Part shown: one piece after another, positions 52,101 to 64,000 of the stretch
Layout: each line of letters starts with the position of its first letter
How positions within the stretch are numbered: the first letter of the stretch is position 1
Assembly: GCA_965203295.1 (NCBI GenBank)
Contig: CBDBCZ010000015.1
Coordinates: 608,001-672,000, forward strand
Length of the DNA: 64,000 nt
Reading direction: 5' to 3'
Origin: Nitrospirales bacterium
GTDB taxonomy: Bacteria > Nitrospirota > Nitrospiria > Nitrospirales > UBA8639
Program-made: the position numbers and the translations under genes
Notes under the pieces: model-generated
What the model was told of the DNA's origin: nothing
Seen by the model: the letters and a program-made list of their open reading frames with translations, nothing else
Database searches by the model: none

Positions 52101-55100
52101 CACTAACTAGCGAATGCAGAGCATTGTGGGGCGAGCGTGAGCGAGGGCATGCCGCTGAAATAAGTATTTGTGATATATAGGACCATGCACCCATACGCAC
52201 GTACCGACAAAATCGCCATTTGCAGCACTAAGGGGGGGCTCGCTCACGCTCGTACCAATTACTTCCCTTCAGGTCTTCCTCTGCCTACCTCTACAAGGCT
52301 TGACTTCCCACTCACTGGCTAGTAGTAATCCAGGACATCTCTCACCATTCACATAATTGACTTTATACCACCACTTAAGTTTGCATCTATCCCTCCTGCC
52401 TTTCAAAGATTCTAACCCCATATCACTCTTACTGCTTCATTACACGTTTTAGAAGAGCAGCAAAATTACCTGCTCCTAGCTGAATGGATTCCAAGGAAGC
52501 TGTCTGCCATTTATTACAAGCCCACACTTCACTACTATATTCTAAAGGACTAAAACGAACAATAATTATCCTTCTTGCAACTATATTGTTATTGCTATTA
52601 CTTAAAACCTATGTAACTGATATTTACTACCTTCTGTACATGACTATCCCATGAACCATTATTAGCAAATTCAATGCCCAGGTAACAGTACCTTACAACC
52701 ACTGGAATGTCTTTATCTCCCCACTTCCATGTACATGCACCTGTATCAACCTCTTTAGAAAGCACCATAGCAACACTTTTTTTTGTTAGATTTAACCTCC
52801 ATTTCTACATTTATCAATGTTAGCAAGTCCTCAGCATTAATAGTTTAACCTACAAAATCATTGGCAAACATTAAACCCCCAACCTTAACATCCTTCTTAA
52901 TAGTAATGCCAATCCCAGCCTTCTTAACCTCCTCATCTAACAACAAAAATGGAATAGAGGAGGATACGTAGGCGACATACTACATGTACAACCCTGTGCC
53001 AGCCCTGACCTGCATTGAATGGTTTTGATTTTTTCCCTCTAGTAAAACAGTACTCTGTGTGATGACATACATATGTTCTTAATAACTCTCCACATCCTAA
53101 TCCTACATATAACCCCTAGTTGCCATAACTTAAACCATAAGCCATCATGACAAACTGTGTCAAATGCTAAACGAAATAATATTTACCATGCCTTATGATG
53201 TCAGAAGGAGCACCAAGAAGTTGCTTACTATAATCTGTTACCTAATTAGTATACGCATGTTGCTGCCAACTCCCAGAGTATATTCACTACGCATTCAGTC
53301 ATTCCCACATAACATACATAATTATCCTACATGTATATCTACCCCCTAATTCTCCAATAGTACTGTATTTAATAACTAAAATTTAAAAAAGGTTATTTAA
53401 ATTGCCAGTGACTATCGCCTTCCATAAGAGCCCTGTGGGCATGCTAATTGTGGATTCGAAGCTAGTATATGCATGACAATCATTCGTTCATTGCTTAACC
53501 CAGTTTGCGTGCATCACATATACCTTTTACACTTCGTGGACTCGGATATAGCATGAGGGACAAGACCAACATCCCCTACAGAGATACATATACAGCATAT
53601 AGAATAAATTTATTGATTATTATATATTATTTCAGCATCCCTATTATTTTTATAAAAGTTATTGTATGTATGTCCCTCATTTCTAGCAAACTTATACTTT
53701 TCATCAAAGACTACAGTGGATTGGGCTTAAATGATGACGAGATACATGTACTACATTTAGTGTTTGTTTTTGTTGAAAACTATAGCAAACATAGTGCAAT
53801 TAGCAAAAGACTAGTATAGCTGGTAGCAGCCCAAGACTTGGGAGGCAGTGATGAAGTGATCAATTAAGCTCCAGTGGTGAATGAAGCAAAGTTGTACTAT
53901 TGATTCAGAGTTTGAATCAAGTGTTGCCCACTATCCTAAAACCAAGGCCCAAAGCCCAGCAGTATCATAGAACGTAAAACCCAGATCAGCCGTAGCTAAT
54001 GTACTCTAAAATGAACATGAATAATAATTTTTTTCTTGGGGGGAGGGGGCAGATACTGATCACTTAATCTGTTGTGCCATCATGATTAGTAAAGAGGACT
54101 CACCACTGGTTCTACAGGAATTGCTACTGTCTTTTCACAGGCTTGCAAGACAACAAATGGGTCTTCATAGCCATGTTCCTGGTAGTATTTGGCATCGTGT
54201 TCCGGAAGAGCCATGGCTAGGGGAATCACACACCCGCCGCACCAATATTCAGTTTCTTCAGAGCTAGTGTGGGATGTGTACATGACATTTTGATTCCCAA
54301 ATCTACAGTGTATTTCTCAGCATTGCAGTGCTAGCACTACTATTTTGAAATACATTTGTCTCCACAAAAAATTAGCATGCATGTAAGTACATATACTATA
54401 GGTTTTATGTCAGCTGATTTAGGACAGCTTGCATGTCAGTAGCCTCATTCCCAGGCCTCCGCACAGCTTTTGTCGGGAACGAGGCTAGCATGTCAGCTGT
54501 TATATAATTTCGAAATTTACGTAGTAACTGTGATTCACACACAAAACTTGTACAGGATGAAAGTTCATGAAACTTAATGTGTACCTAAATATGTAAGCAT
54601 CCCAGAAATAGAACTCTCTCAAATATGCAGCCTTACTGTTTTGCATACATGACGATGTATTGCAGCTGATCCACAACTATATTGTATATTGAGCTATCTG
54701 AATCTTGCATAATGCATGCATGCATTCATGAGGGGATAAAAGGAAAGATGATCCGTTTTTAGGCTGCCCCACAATTACATCACCTACCAGCAGCAAGTAT
54801 CCTGAGACCTGAGAGCTATCAGGCTTTAACACAAATATTAATTTGCCAGTTTATACATATTATAAAAGTGAAGCGTAAACAGATTGTTTCTTTTGAAGTG
54901 TATAAAAGCTTCCCTTGAGCAATAACTCAAGGTGTTGGGTATACTAGGGTACATATATCATATATGAATACTTATATGTATGTAAACATCTTCATAATCA
55001 CAAACCTCTTCAGCCTTTCTACAAGAATTACACAGATACATTTACACAACTGCCCTGTCTAATGCTCCTGCAATTACATTATTATTCTTGATCACAACAA

Positions 55101-58100
55101 ATTATTGTGATCACCCATGCATGCTAGCACATTAAAGTTTATTAACAGACGTACCTGTATGCCCATATTTGGAGAGCACAGTCTTGATTGCGACAGGCAT
55201 TAAACTCGATAGGATCATCTTTCCAGCCATTGGTAGAGCAATCTTTTGCTGCTACTGTACTGGTTGAGTCCTATGTATGCAGAGATACACAGTACGTATA
55301 TGAACGTTCAATTACCATGAGCTATGCACATATTTCTTAGGGGATAGTGAATGCAGAGCCAATAATAATTCAGGTAAATATTTAGTGACCATGCCTGTAC
55401 TGTGTATGATATCTGAGATAGCGTGCTGGTCCTCCCCTTACACTACCCCACTATGTGTAAAGTATAATAGACCATGTCGTTGAGAAATACGGTGCATAAT
55501 TTGATGCATTAGCCCTCTGTTTTAGCATCGTGCCCAAGGCCGGGGTATGAGGCTATAGTCCTACAGGTTTTATATACGTAGCATGTACTACAAATATGCA
55601 GCTACGTGAGTACATGTACCGGTAATTCAACAACAAGCTTGTAAATTTGTAGCTACAGATGCACATATATGTACATGTGCGTAGTGCATGTGAGTGTACT
55701 GCTAACATTATCTGGATGCACATTAAGCTGTGACCAACCCTATACTGTTTCTTGACATCTGCTAAGAGTTGGATTACCTCCAAGAATCATACATGAATCA
55801 CAAGCATGATGATTATCCAATGCAAACGAAAGTAGTACATAGCAACTAGCTGTCAACTTGAAAAGCATGACACTTTCCTTATTACCTCACTGTCGCTACA
55901 CCAGAAGCTACTGAAAGCGCAATTAAAAATACAAATGGCTGTTGCTGTACATTCAGGTGAGTGGTTATGGAAAGTGGTCTTCTTGATCTGCTCCACACCT
56001 ACGTGTATAGCACGTTACTAAGCATATACATATACGTACAGCCATGGAAAACTCATACGACAAGTGCCCAGTTGTGTTTCGAGACAAGCGTGTTTGGAAT
56101 TCAAAAAATATGGCTGAGGATCATATATAAGCCCGGAAAAAAGGAGTTATAAATATAGCATAAAGAATGGAGACGTGTACCTGAAAATCTGAGTCAATTT
56201 TTATTGTGCAGCAGAGGTCATGGTTAGGGTCACACTTGACACCAGAAAGTTTCCTCACAGTCACAGTTCCCTTACAGCTGACCTTGAATCGTGGCTGCAA
56301 AGCTAAAAGAAAAAGGATGCAGAAAAAGTAGGACAATAGTGAGAAAAAAAAACTAGAAGAAGCAAATAACATACCACTAAAAGACGCTTCCAACAGCACT
56401 GCACCCTTTGGTTGGAGAGGCAGATATTTTACTTCATACTGCTCTTGACTTGTAGCAGAAGCTTGTTCAATGATACGAATATCAGCTACTGACAATACTG
56501 CTGCTCCAATGCATACATCATTTTTGATGTGTGACTTGGTATTTGAGGTAGCTTTGGTGGTGCTAGAAGAGAGCTTTGTTTTACGACACATTATAAATAC
56601 TTGTCTTGATTGGGAAGTGTGAAAAATTGCTTCTTCACACTGGTTCCAAACAACCGGTTTGCTGCTTACCATGGGTTGATTGGTGGTTTCAGCTCTTGCA
56701 TTACTTCCATTGATAGTGAGGACACAATAGAGACCCTCTGTTGGTGACTGCTTCACATTTTTGGTTGGATCCTGCATCTTCCCTATGAGTTGTATGAGGT
56801 TTTCATTAGAGGGTCGAGGACCATCAGCTATACTTGCTCCACAAATTTTTATTTTCAAAATTCCAAGAAGGTCACCTTTTCCTTTCTTGCTTTGAATTTG
56901 TTGAGCAGGTTTCTCAGTGGGCTTCACAAGATCACTCACTGAAAGCCTTCTCGGGTTTTGTTGGCTACTTCCAGATGCTGTTTGCTGCAGATCATTTACC
57001 CCTAACCTGCTTTGCGATGAAGCACTGGACAATTGTCGTGCATGACTATGTTTTGGCGCTAGAATGGCTGCTGACTGACTGCGTGGACGCATAATACGAT
57101 CCTTGATACCTTCAGCAGATGAATTTATAGAAGGTATAGTTGACATTGGGAGTTTACTTGTACTAGCACCACCAGTTGATTTTGTGTTACTTTCAGCTTG
57201 GTGTTCTGCAACACTAGCCTCTGATACTGATTTCTTTTTGGCTTGTAATGATCCATCGTTCTTTCTCTGCTTGTTCACTTTTTGCCCACTTCTGTCTTGG
57301 GCCTCACATTTTTGAGGTATAGCACTGTCACCAAGCTCTGACCCATTGTGCTTCATTTCTGAACCTGGAATAGGTTCTTGAATTTTTGTAGTGGCTGTTT
57401 CACTGACAGAATTGAGGTTAGCTGGTAGAGTAACTTGATGGAACTCATTCGTGACAGCAGAAGAAGGAGCATTCATGTGATGAGAACCAGGAGCCTTTGG
57501 CGCTATTGGATCATGTTGCTTTCTTATCCTTGATGTTTCAGGCTGCATGTTGTATGAGTTTCCTATCCCTGAACTGCTTTCTGAAAACACCTTTGACAAG
57601 AGAGGTGGATGAGGCAAATCTGAAGCCGGAGGTGTTACTACTGACTTAGTGTGCGGCTGCATGTGGTATTTTCCTGATTGTATCTGGGCAGGAAGCCTCA
57701 CTTCTGGTAATGGTGGACCTGCAGACATTCGCTGAAGTTTGTCTTGCAGTGATGCTTGAGTGCTTGTTTGTCTTCCAATCTTTTCTACAGTAGGTTTTTT
57801 ACCTTGTACATGAGGTTGTCTAGTCAGTCTAGGCTTCACAGAGCATTCTGGTTGGGGAGATATACTGGCTTCCACTTGCGGTTCAGGGGTGTTACAATCT
57901 TCATTATGTCTCGACCCAATTGTAACTTTGTGAAATTCCTCCATTGCAGGAATATTTGGCATGCTCTGATGCATACTTGACCTAATGGCATTCACTTCAG
58001 GTGATATTTCAACATCTTGTGAAACTATCGGGACTGCTATACCTTTCACTGTGCCCAGTTGTTTATCTTTTGTCTTTTGCTTGCGGCCTTTGAGTTTAAA

Positions 58101-59077
58101 GATTCCTTTTAATTTCTTTCCTTTGGAATTTGTACGAAGACCATCTGCTTGTTGAGATGGGTTGTGTTGCTGTACATCTACAACTACAGTGCTTTGCAAT
58201 GTAGTTGGACTGGCAGCATTGGGTGCTGCAATGGTTGTGTCAGAATGTGCACTTACAAGGTGTTGTAATGAAGCATCTGCAGAAACAGGATCCCGAGCAC
58301 TTGTCTCTAAAAGACGCCTCTCACTCGAATCGTGCTGTATAGTAATTGAGGTTTCTTCCTTGAGTTGCTGGGCTTCTGGTAAGGATGGGGATACATGAAG
58401 GCTGTGGGAACAGAAGCACCACGTACATTTCATGCATGTAGTACATTAACATTCACAGTGTGTACAGAGTATGGGCTGTAAAAAGCTACTGCAGATGAAC
58501 ATACGTCTACGTCTATAAAACTCCCCCATTTATATATGTACTCCCCATGGTTGAGTTACCTGTCAGAAGATGTTGCAAGGTGCTGCTCTTCTCTGCATTC
58601 GTACTCAAAGGTCACATCGAGCTCACAATTGTGAATAGCAGCAGTAGCATTTCTTCCAACACTGAGCATCAGCTGCTTTCTTTCAGGGGTTAGTACATCA
58701 GCTAAGTCGGCAGTATGCAATGTGGCACTTGCAAGACTTTTATGGGATTGCCTTTTTTCTGAGAAAATTTTGAGATGAAATTTCAACTCAACCGGTGCTA
58801 CTGCTGCACCATCAGCTGACTGATGGCGTTCAATGGTAATTTGCGGTAAGTCAGCTTCCCAAGTCGCAACATAGTGGCCAGATCTATGGTGTAACTCACT
58901 AAGAGTGACTGTGCTTGAGTTAGTAGACTGAGATCCATGAGTCACCCGGATGTAGAGAGGTGGAAAAGTAGTGGGTACTTGAATAGCATTCTGGCTGAAC
59001 TGAATGCTTACAGAGTGCAAGGAAATCTTCAGGGTGCGTTGTTGAGCCTTTTCTCTTGCTGAACTTTCCATGCTCAT
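49190..59077 (-). CDS. Multi-exon gene for a multi-C2-domain protein with a long low-complexity linker and C-terminal coiled coil
   Basis: GT-AG exons at ~58560-59077 (C2-like beta pattern), ~56372-58400 (~2-kb open exon ending in a C2-like domain LGILKIKI..LYCVLTING..LPLQPKGAVLLEASF), 56181-56302, 55154-55271, 54102-54302, ~50468-50620, ~49859-49925, 49394-49483 (VEYLKEELRQAKASL) and a last exon RAAVEEVGRLKQH*. Several junctions stay in frame; the model is incomplete. Confidence 0.75.
51050..51410 (-). mobile_element. LINE 3' fragment with local triplication
   Basis: EKFSALNNFKRSAFVLGC..LRLVKSFVVLIWDTR, with ctagtatcccagattaatactacaaaact x3. Confidence 0.65.
51413..51700 (-). mobile_element. 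tRNA-Thr-containing element copy
   Basis: Reverse complement of the 25327/39731 element, including ~150 bp of upstream flank. Confidence 0.88.
51691..51985. repeat. ~150-bp tandem duplication
   Basis: acccagacttgtaca...gactggtaaagactttt at 51691 and 51843. Confidence 0.9.
52260..53210 (-). mobile_element. Decayed LINE RT fragment
   Basis: LMFANDFVG..NAEDLL..WKWGDKDIPVVVRYCYLGIEFANNGSW. Homologous to 25750-26250. Confidence 0.75.
54440..54487. mobile_element. TAGCCTC...GAGGCTA MITE, 9-bp TSD
   Basis: gcatgtcag|tagcctcattccc...gggaacgaggcta|gcatgtcag. Confidence 0.88.
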
Positions 59078-59747
59078 TCTGAGTTACAGCAGAAAGGAAA
59101 TTGGTGGATAATTATGTTAAGCTTATTGGTACTGTAGCAATATTAAGCGTACGTACCTTGTCACAGGCTTCTTTAAATGATGCAAACAGCTGGCAACAAG
59201 GATAATAGACAACTTGCTCAGGATAGTTGTATGTGCTACACAGGTGTCCTTTCTCGCTCCAATACCTTGTAGCCTTTCATAAGCTATAGTCTATTTCAAA
59301 TTCTTGCTGTGCAGTATTGTCCAGATATACCTCGTAGCCTTCGCGAGGTAAAACCACACGCGGCGTTCCCTATAACAGACACTGATTTAAGCGAGTCGAT
59401 CTCCTTCAATACTCTGATTTATCCAATATCATGTCTCGCCAACACCAGAATCAGTTAGAGGGAGTTAGCGAGCTCCTCCCCCCTCGATCCAAATAAGCGT
59501 GCGCACACCCATCCGGGATGCCCGGATGTGTACAGGAACGGGACTACAGCTCAGTATGCGTCTTGGATTCAGACATAACTATGTCATAAAAATTTTATCA
59601 TTAGTGTACAGACTACATATTTTATATGATGATACAGTGATATGCAGAATAAATAGGTGATTTGCTACTGCAACTCAGCTTTGTAGGATAGTGGCGGTGA
59701 AATGACTGAGTGCACCAATAATTACTGGATTCAGTGTTTTACTAGCT

Positions 59748-62396
59748 CTAGACAAAGCTGCTAAAGTTGTCCCTTCTTGCGCCTCGTCCTCTAGGTCCCC
59801 CTCGTCCTCTAGGTCCCCCTCGTCCTCTAGATCCCCCTCGCTCTTCTCTGAGAGATTCCTTCCGTTCCTTCCAGGCTTCATATCTTTCAGCCATGGCTAC
59901 AAGCTCATCAGGTACAACCTACAAACATCAATAAATAGTGGAATCGGGGTTATGCAAGTGTCACTGAGAAGTCAGGTCTTGTGCATTGCAGTCTCCCAAC
60001 CACCATAGTTTTTGGGTCTGCACAACATTTCATGATAACTATGTAGACGTACAGTTAATGGTGGCTTGTACAATAGTATGTTTATAATACGATAAACAGG
60101 TGTTAATCAACTTGAGGCAGTGTCTACCAAGAACACGGGATGGGAGACAGCAGTACAATGGAAATTCCACAGTAGCCAAGAGCTGTGGTCAAACAGCCTA
60201 CAAAAATAGAAGACGCTACGCACCTGAATTTCTGAGCGCCAGGTTCAAAAAGCAAAACACACAGCTCACTAACATCAATTTCACAAAGGTCCGCTGACCC
60301 AAACTTCAGCCACTCCCACCCCCCCAAATTTTATATACCATACACAACTCGTATGTAGGGGATATGGTCCCAAACAAGTAGGAAAAAAAAAACGCTGGTT
60401 GACCCACAGGACCAAGGACCATATTCCTCTGCCAATTTTTGCCAAAACTTTACTAAAGTTAGTATGTCAAACTAAAAACTGCTCAGGCAAGACATGAGAT
60501 TAACTACATATGTAGCTAAAGAAAAGTGGAGAAGGCAACCCTGTCATAGAAAAAAGGAAGATCAACAAGGAGCAAAACAAGATGGAGGTAGTGTAATACA
60601 TACGCTTACAAACGACAGCAAAACAGCTAGCTAAGTCTATGGCATGCCATCCTTACATGTTTTACTTTGGAGTGCTTTGGAAATGATGGTGGGTATATAA
60701 GTGGAGGAGATATTTGTAAAATTAAACTTGCCAAATGTTTTCCACGAAAACGTTTTGCACTTCGGATTTTCTGTCAAAGCTAAAGCTTCTACTGCTATAT
60801 ATTCAAAGGAACTGATACAAAGCTGCAGGAACCTTGGATCTGTTGACTCCTCTCAAAAGTATACACCACTGCATAAATGGGGGTGTGAGACACGTGATGA
60901 GTACTTTAGTACTAAAAAAAAGTTCTGTACACACAATTCACATCGGAACATAGGGAAGCAAGCAGCAGAGCATATGGCACAGCTGCAACTATCCATGCAT
61001 GCTATTTACTACTACAAGAATAGGTATGACTACATATCAAGAATCTTTGGTCAGTGAATGTATTCCAATAAATGTTTCATCCAAGCAATCCATGAAAATT
61101 TCGTGAACCCCAGGACACACACGTCTACTGATCTGATCACCTATAACTAGTATTCCTATCAGTAGCACAGCTGGAAGTTCACCAAAAAGCAAAAAACCAT
61201 TCATGTAGGGATGCAGAATCAGAATCAGAAGACAGACGATTCGGTCATTTTAGCAACTTGCAAGATTGGTACTTCAGAGTGACTGCATGGTAGGGCTCAC
61301 ATTAGCCCTAGACAACGCCTACAGCAGAGTTATAAACATGTCATTTTGTACACATCTGATAGAGATTCCACTTTTTCTGGGGCCATCCTACATATAGAGT
61401 ACTGCCATACTCCACGATATACCTAATGAGTGCCCCTTGATCCTTATTCTTCTACAATTTGATGCGTGAAAACTAAACTTATTCTTCCACAATTGATAAT
61501 CAAGACTGAGATCGAAGGCTAGTGGTAGCCTCATATCCAGGCTCAGGAGGCCCCAGCAAAAAAAGTCCATGATGCACAGCCCCTTTTTTGCAGACCCCCC
61601 AAAACAACCTACTAACTGCATCACAAAGTGTCATAATTATAATTAATGACATCATAAATAGTTAATTAACCATACACTGACATCTTAAAATGGTTAACTA
61701 ATTTGACCCAGCCCTAACTTAGCACTTACTGATTGAGCGACCATGGTTGAAGGCAGCGGCAAGCTGCTGCCGAGTAAGCAGTGACGTGAGATCAGTGTCA
61801 CTATTGCATGCAAGTACATGCAAACTATACACAGACTGTGATATCGAATGGATATGAGGCATCCTCTACTGCTTGTACTGCCAAAATCTAAACTCTTGTC
61901 TTCAAAAAAATCCTCTAGTTTTTGGAACCTTTTCTGCTGACCTGCCGAAACAACAACCAACTTGATGGGTGCGCGTCGTACCTTTTTTCAAGTATGGCCC
62001 CCTGCCAGGCTGGACCTTTATGTCACTAAATTTTCACTAACTGGAAGCTGATAGTGCGAACAGGACTATCCATAGCCTCGTTCCCATTCCTTCCCACCCC
62101 ATCTTTAAATTAGTGCGTGGGCATGTAAGTCCCTTTGCGTGGGCATGTAAGTCCACCCTACGTACACGTACATACGTCACGGCACGTGATAAGTGGTACC
62201 AGGCCTTCCCCCTCGCTTTTTATCCACGGCTGCGAGATAAAAGCTGGGGTGGTAAGGACTGGGAACGAGGCTAGACTATACATACATACATAAAAGATGG
62301 TACTTTACCTGATTAGCTTTAGCAAGTATGTGACAGAGCTCTCTTGCCCATCGCCAATTATCTCGAGTGACAAATGAGAGTGCTTTGCCTTGTTGG
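59748..62396 (-). CDS. DDX43: Last two coding exons of a DDX43/DDX53-like DEAD-box helicase
   Basis: 62309-62396 QQGKALSFVTRDNWRWARELCHILAKANQ splices in frame to 59748-59918 VVPDELVAMAERYEAWKERKESLREERGGSRGRGGPRGRGGPRGRG..FV*. The helicase core is presumably beyond the window. Confidence 0.82.
62073..62273. mobile_element. TAGCCTC...GAGGCTA MITE, 9-bp TSD (8/9 match)
   Basis: gactatcca|tagcctcgttccca...tgggaacgaggcta|gactataca. Confidence 0.85.
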
Positions 62397-62632
62397 CTGT
62401 ACAAAAGTAAGATACATGTACGTATATCCAGTTCTGATGCAATATGTTGCTATTATAACAAGTACAATCAAGAAACTAGTTGTAGTAATCAAATTCACAA
62501 AACTGTGGAACTTTCCAGTTATGTGACGTTGCAAACAAGATCGTTGCAGAGTGCAGCGAGGCCAATAATCATGTACTATTGGCTTGACAATTTTAGCTAG
62601 TGTTTCTATAATGTGCTTGTGTGTCAATCATG

Positions 62633-63080
62633 CAGAGGTCGAAATAACGTGCGGTCATTGGTCAATTCCGTACATATTGCTATATATAGTGACCGAGCAA
62701 AACTACATGTGGTCGGTAGGCGTGACCGGGAGCTTGTGTAACAGCTGCTGCGTTGTAATTGCTAATCATATTCACAACGTCTCGTATAACGCCTACTTGT
62801 GAATAGTAAACACTATCCAAATAAGGAGTTTCTGCTCTCAGGTCAGCTTGGGAAGAGAGGATGAATTGACTGGTTTTCGTGTATTCATTTTTTTGGTGGT
62901 GCTTGCTCAACAATGCACTCACATGAGTCACATCTATTATCTTGCTGTTGCTGAAATGTTTCAGTCATAATCATACTACAATTACTGTGACAGCCGGACA
63001 TATTTGCTAAATGACCACTTAAAATCAAAAGTGTTAGGACATTGTGACCGGACAACATTTGAACATTATTTCGACCTCTG
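62633..63080. mobile_element. hAT-like MITE
   Basis: cagaggtcgaaataa ... ttatttcgacctctg, perfect 15-bp TIR. TSD not preserved. Confidence 0.7.
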
Positions 63081-63274
63081 TGTGTCCCCTTCCCCTGGGC
63101 CTCGGGGGGCAAGACACATGTTCAAATGGCATCTTTAGTTGTTTCTTGGGTGCTATCTTCGAAGTTGTGGCAGACAGTCAGACATCTGAAAAATTCTCAT
63201 GTAGTTTTATCAAGGGAGGCTTACTACAGCTCCTGGGTTAGTAGAGTTAGTGTAGCTGCACTGTAAGCTGACAT

Positions 63275-63371
63275 TAGCCTCATTCCCAGGCTCTCTGCCC
63301 AGCTTTTTTTCGCACGTAGTAAAATACTACGTGCGAAAAAAAGCTGGGCAGAGAGCCTGGGAACGAGGCTA
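63275..63371. mobile_element. Near-perfect foldback TAGCCTC...GAGGCTA MITE, 9-bp TSD
   Basis: agctgacat|97-bp palindrome|agctgacat. Confidence 0.92.
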
Positions 63372-64000
63372 AGCTGACATATGAGTGCTGGAGACGGACG
63401 GCACGATTGAATGATGCCAATGGTATTTCAAGCTGCACGGCCAATCTCTCCGCTCTTCAGATAGCAGCCGTGGCTGGCCTTTGGAAATATGCTGCTGTCA
63501 AAGTGATCCTCCTGAAGGCCAGTTGTTTTGATATGCATAGCCTATCCAGTAGTTGCTATGCTTGCACAAATACTCAGTCAGCCTCTCCCGGCCTGTGAGC
63601 AAGCAGGGTAGTCCTGCCTCATTTGCTGAGTCAAGAAACTTTTATAATTCCACCCTGTTCTCTATGAATTACATACAATGGCCTTTAATACACTACCTTC
63701 CTAATTTCTGCAACTATTAACCACAGTGGCGGATTTACACAGATTAACTACATCTGCCACCATAGGCAATGAATGTCTACAAAATACGTGAGGCATATTT
63801 CACGTGTATATTCCTAGTTATGAAGTATGGATTACATGTATAAGCGTCGGCTGGTCTGCATCGATCTAAAGATGATTGTAGCTTAATAACAAGCTTTGCG
63901 TTTTTGTCACAACTCTGGCACCATGGAATCGCAGAGAATCCCTCGAAATGCTGAACGGTAAGTCATATTGGCATTTACTGCCTCTTTCTTGATGCCTACC

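Noticed and set aside
56121..58433. 770-aa single-exon protein
   Set aside because: The ORF reads through intron sequence at both ends and is part of a spliced gene.
59675..59881. ORF with DLEDEG repeats
   Set aside because: Wrong frame of the DDX43-like last exon.

Overview
Eukaryotic (animal) genomic DNA with spliceosomal introns. The repeat repertoire suggests an early-branching invertebrate such as a demosponge, but that is inference only. No prokaryotic operons, CRISPR arrays or rRNA were seen. 1-24.7 kb is heterochromatin-like: several satellites and minisatellites with nested mobile elements (tRNA-derived elements, remnants of a Crypton-type tyrosine recombinase, a P/THAP9-type transposase, a Penelope GIY-YIG domain, and MITEs). 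27-43 kb holds two convergent, intron-containing pseudogenes: an ABCG2/White-type half transporter and a recognisable DGCR8/Pasha. 47-64 kb holds a LINE RT, an apparently intact multi-C2-domain gene and the last two exons of a DDX43-like helicase. The most unusual signal is a set of largely sequence-unrelated small elements with one shared architecture: terminal IR, body, subterminal IR, then a 120-180 bp terminal hairpin. Where the cores are legible, their GA/GA bubbles and GNA triloops fall on the same strand relative to element orientation, which suggests a folded-ssDNA (attC-like) substrate, possibly for the Crypton-type recombinase found nearby. Most short ORFs in the ORF track are artefacts of repeats. 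Boundaries were read by eye and may be off by a few bases.
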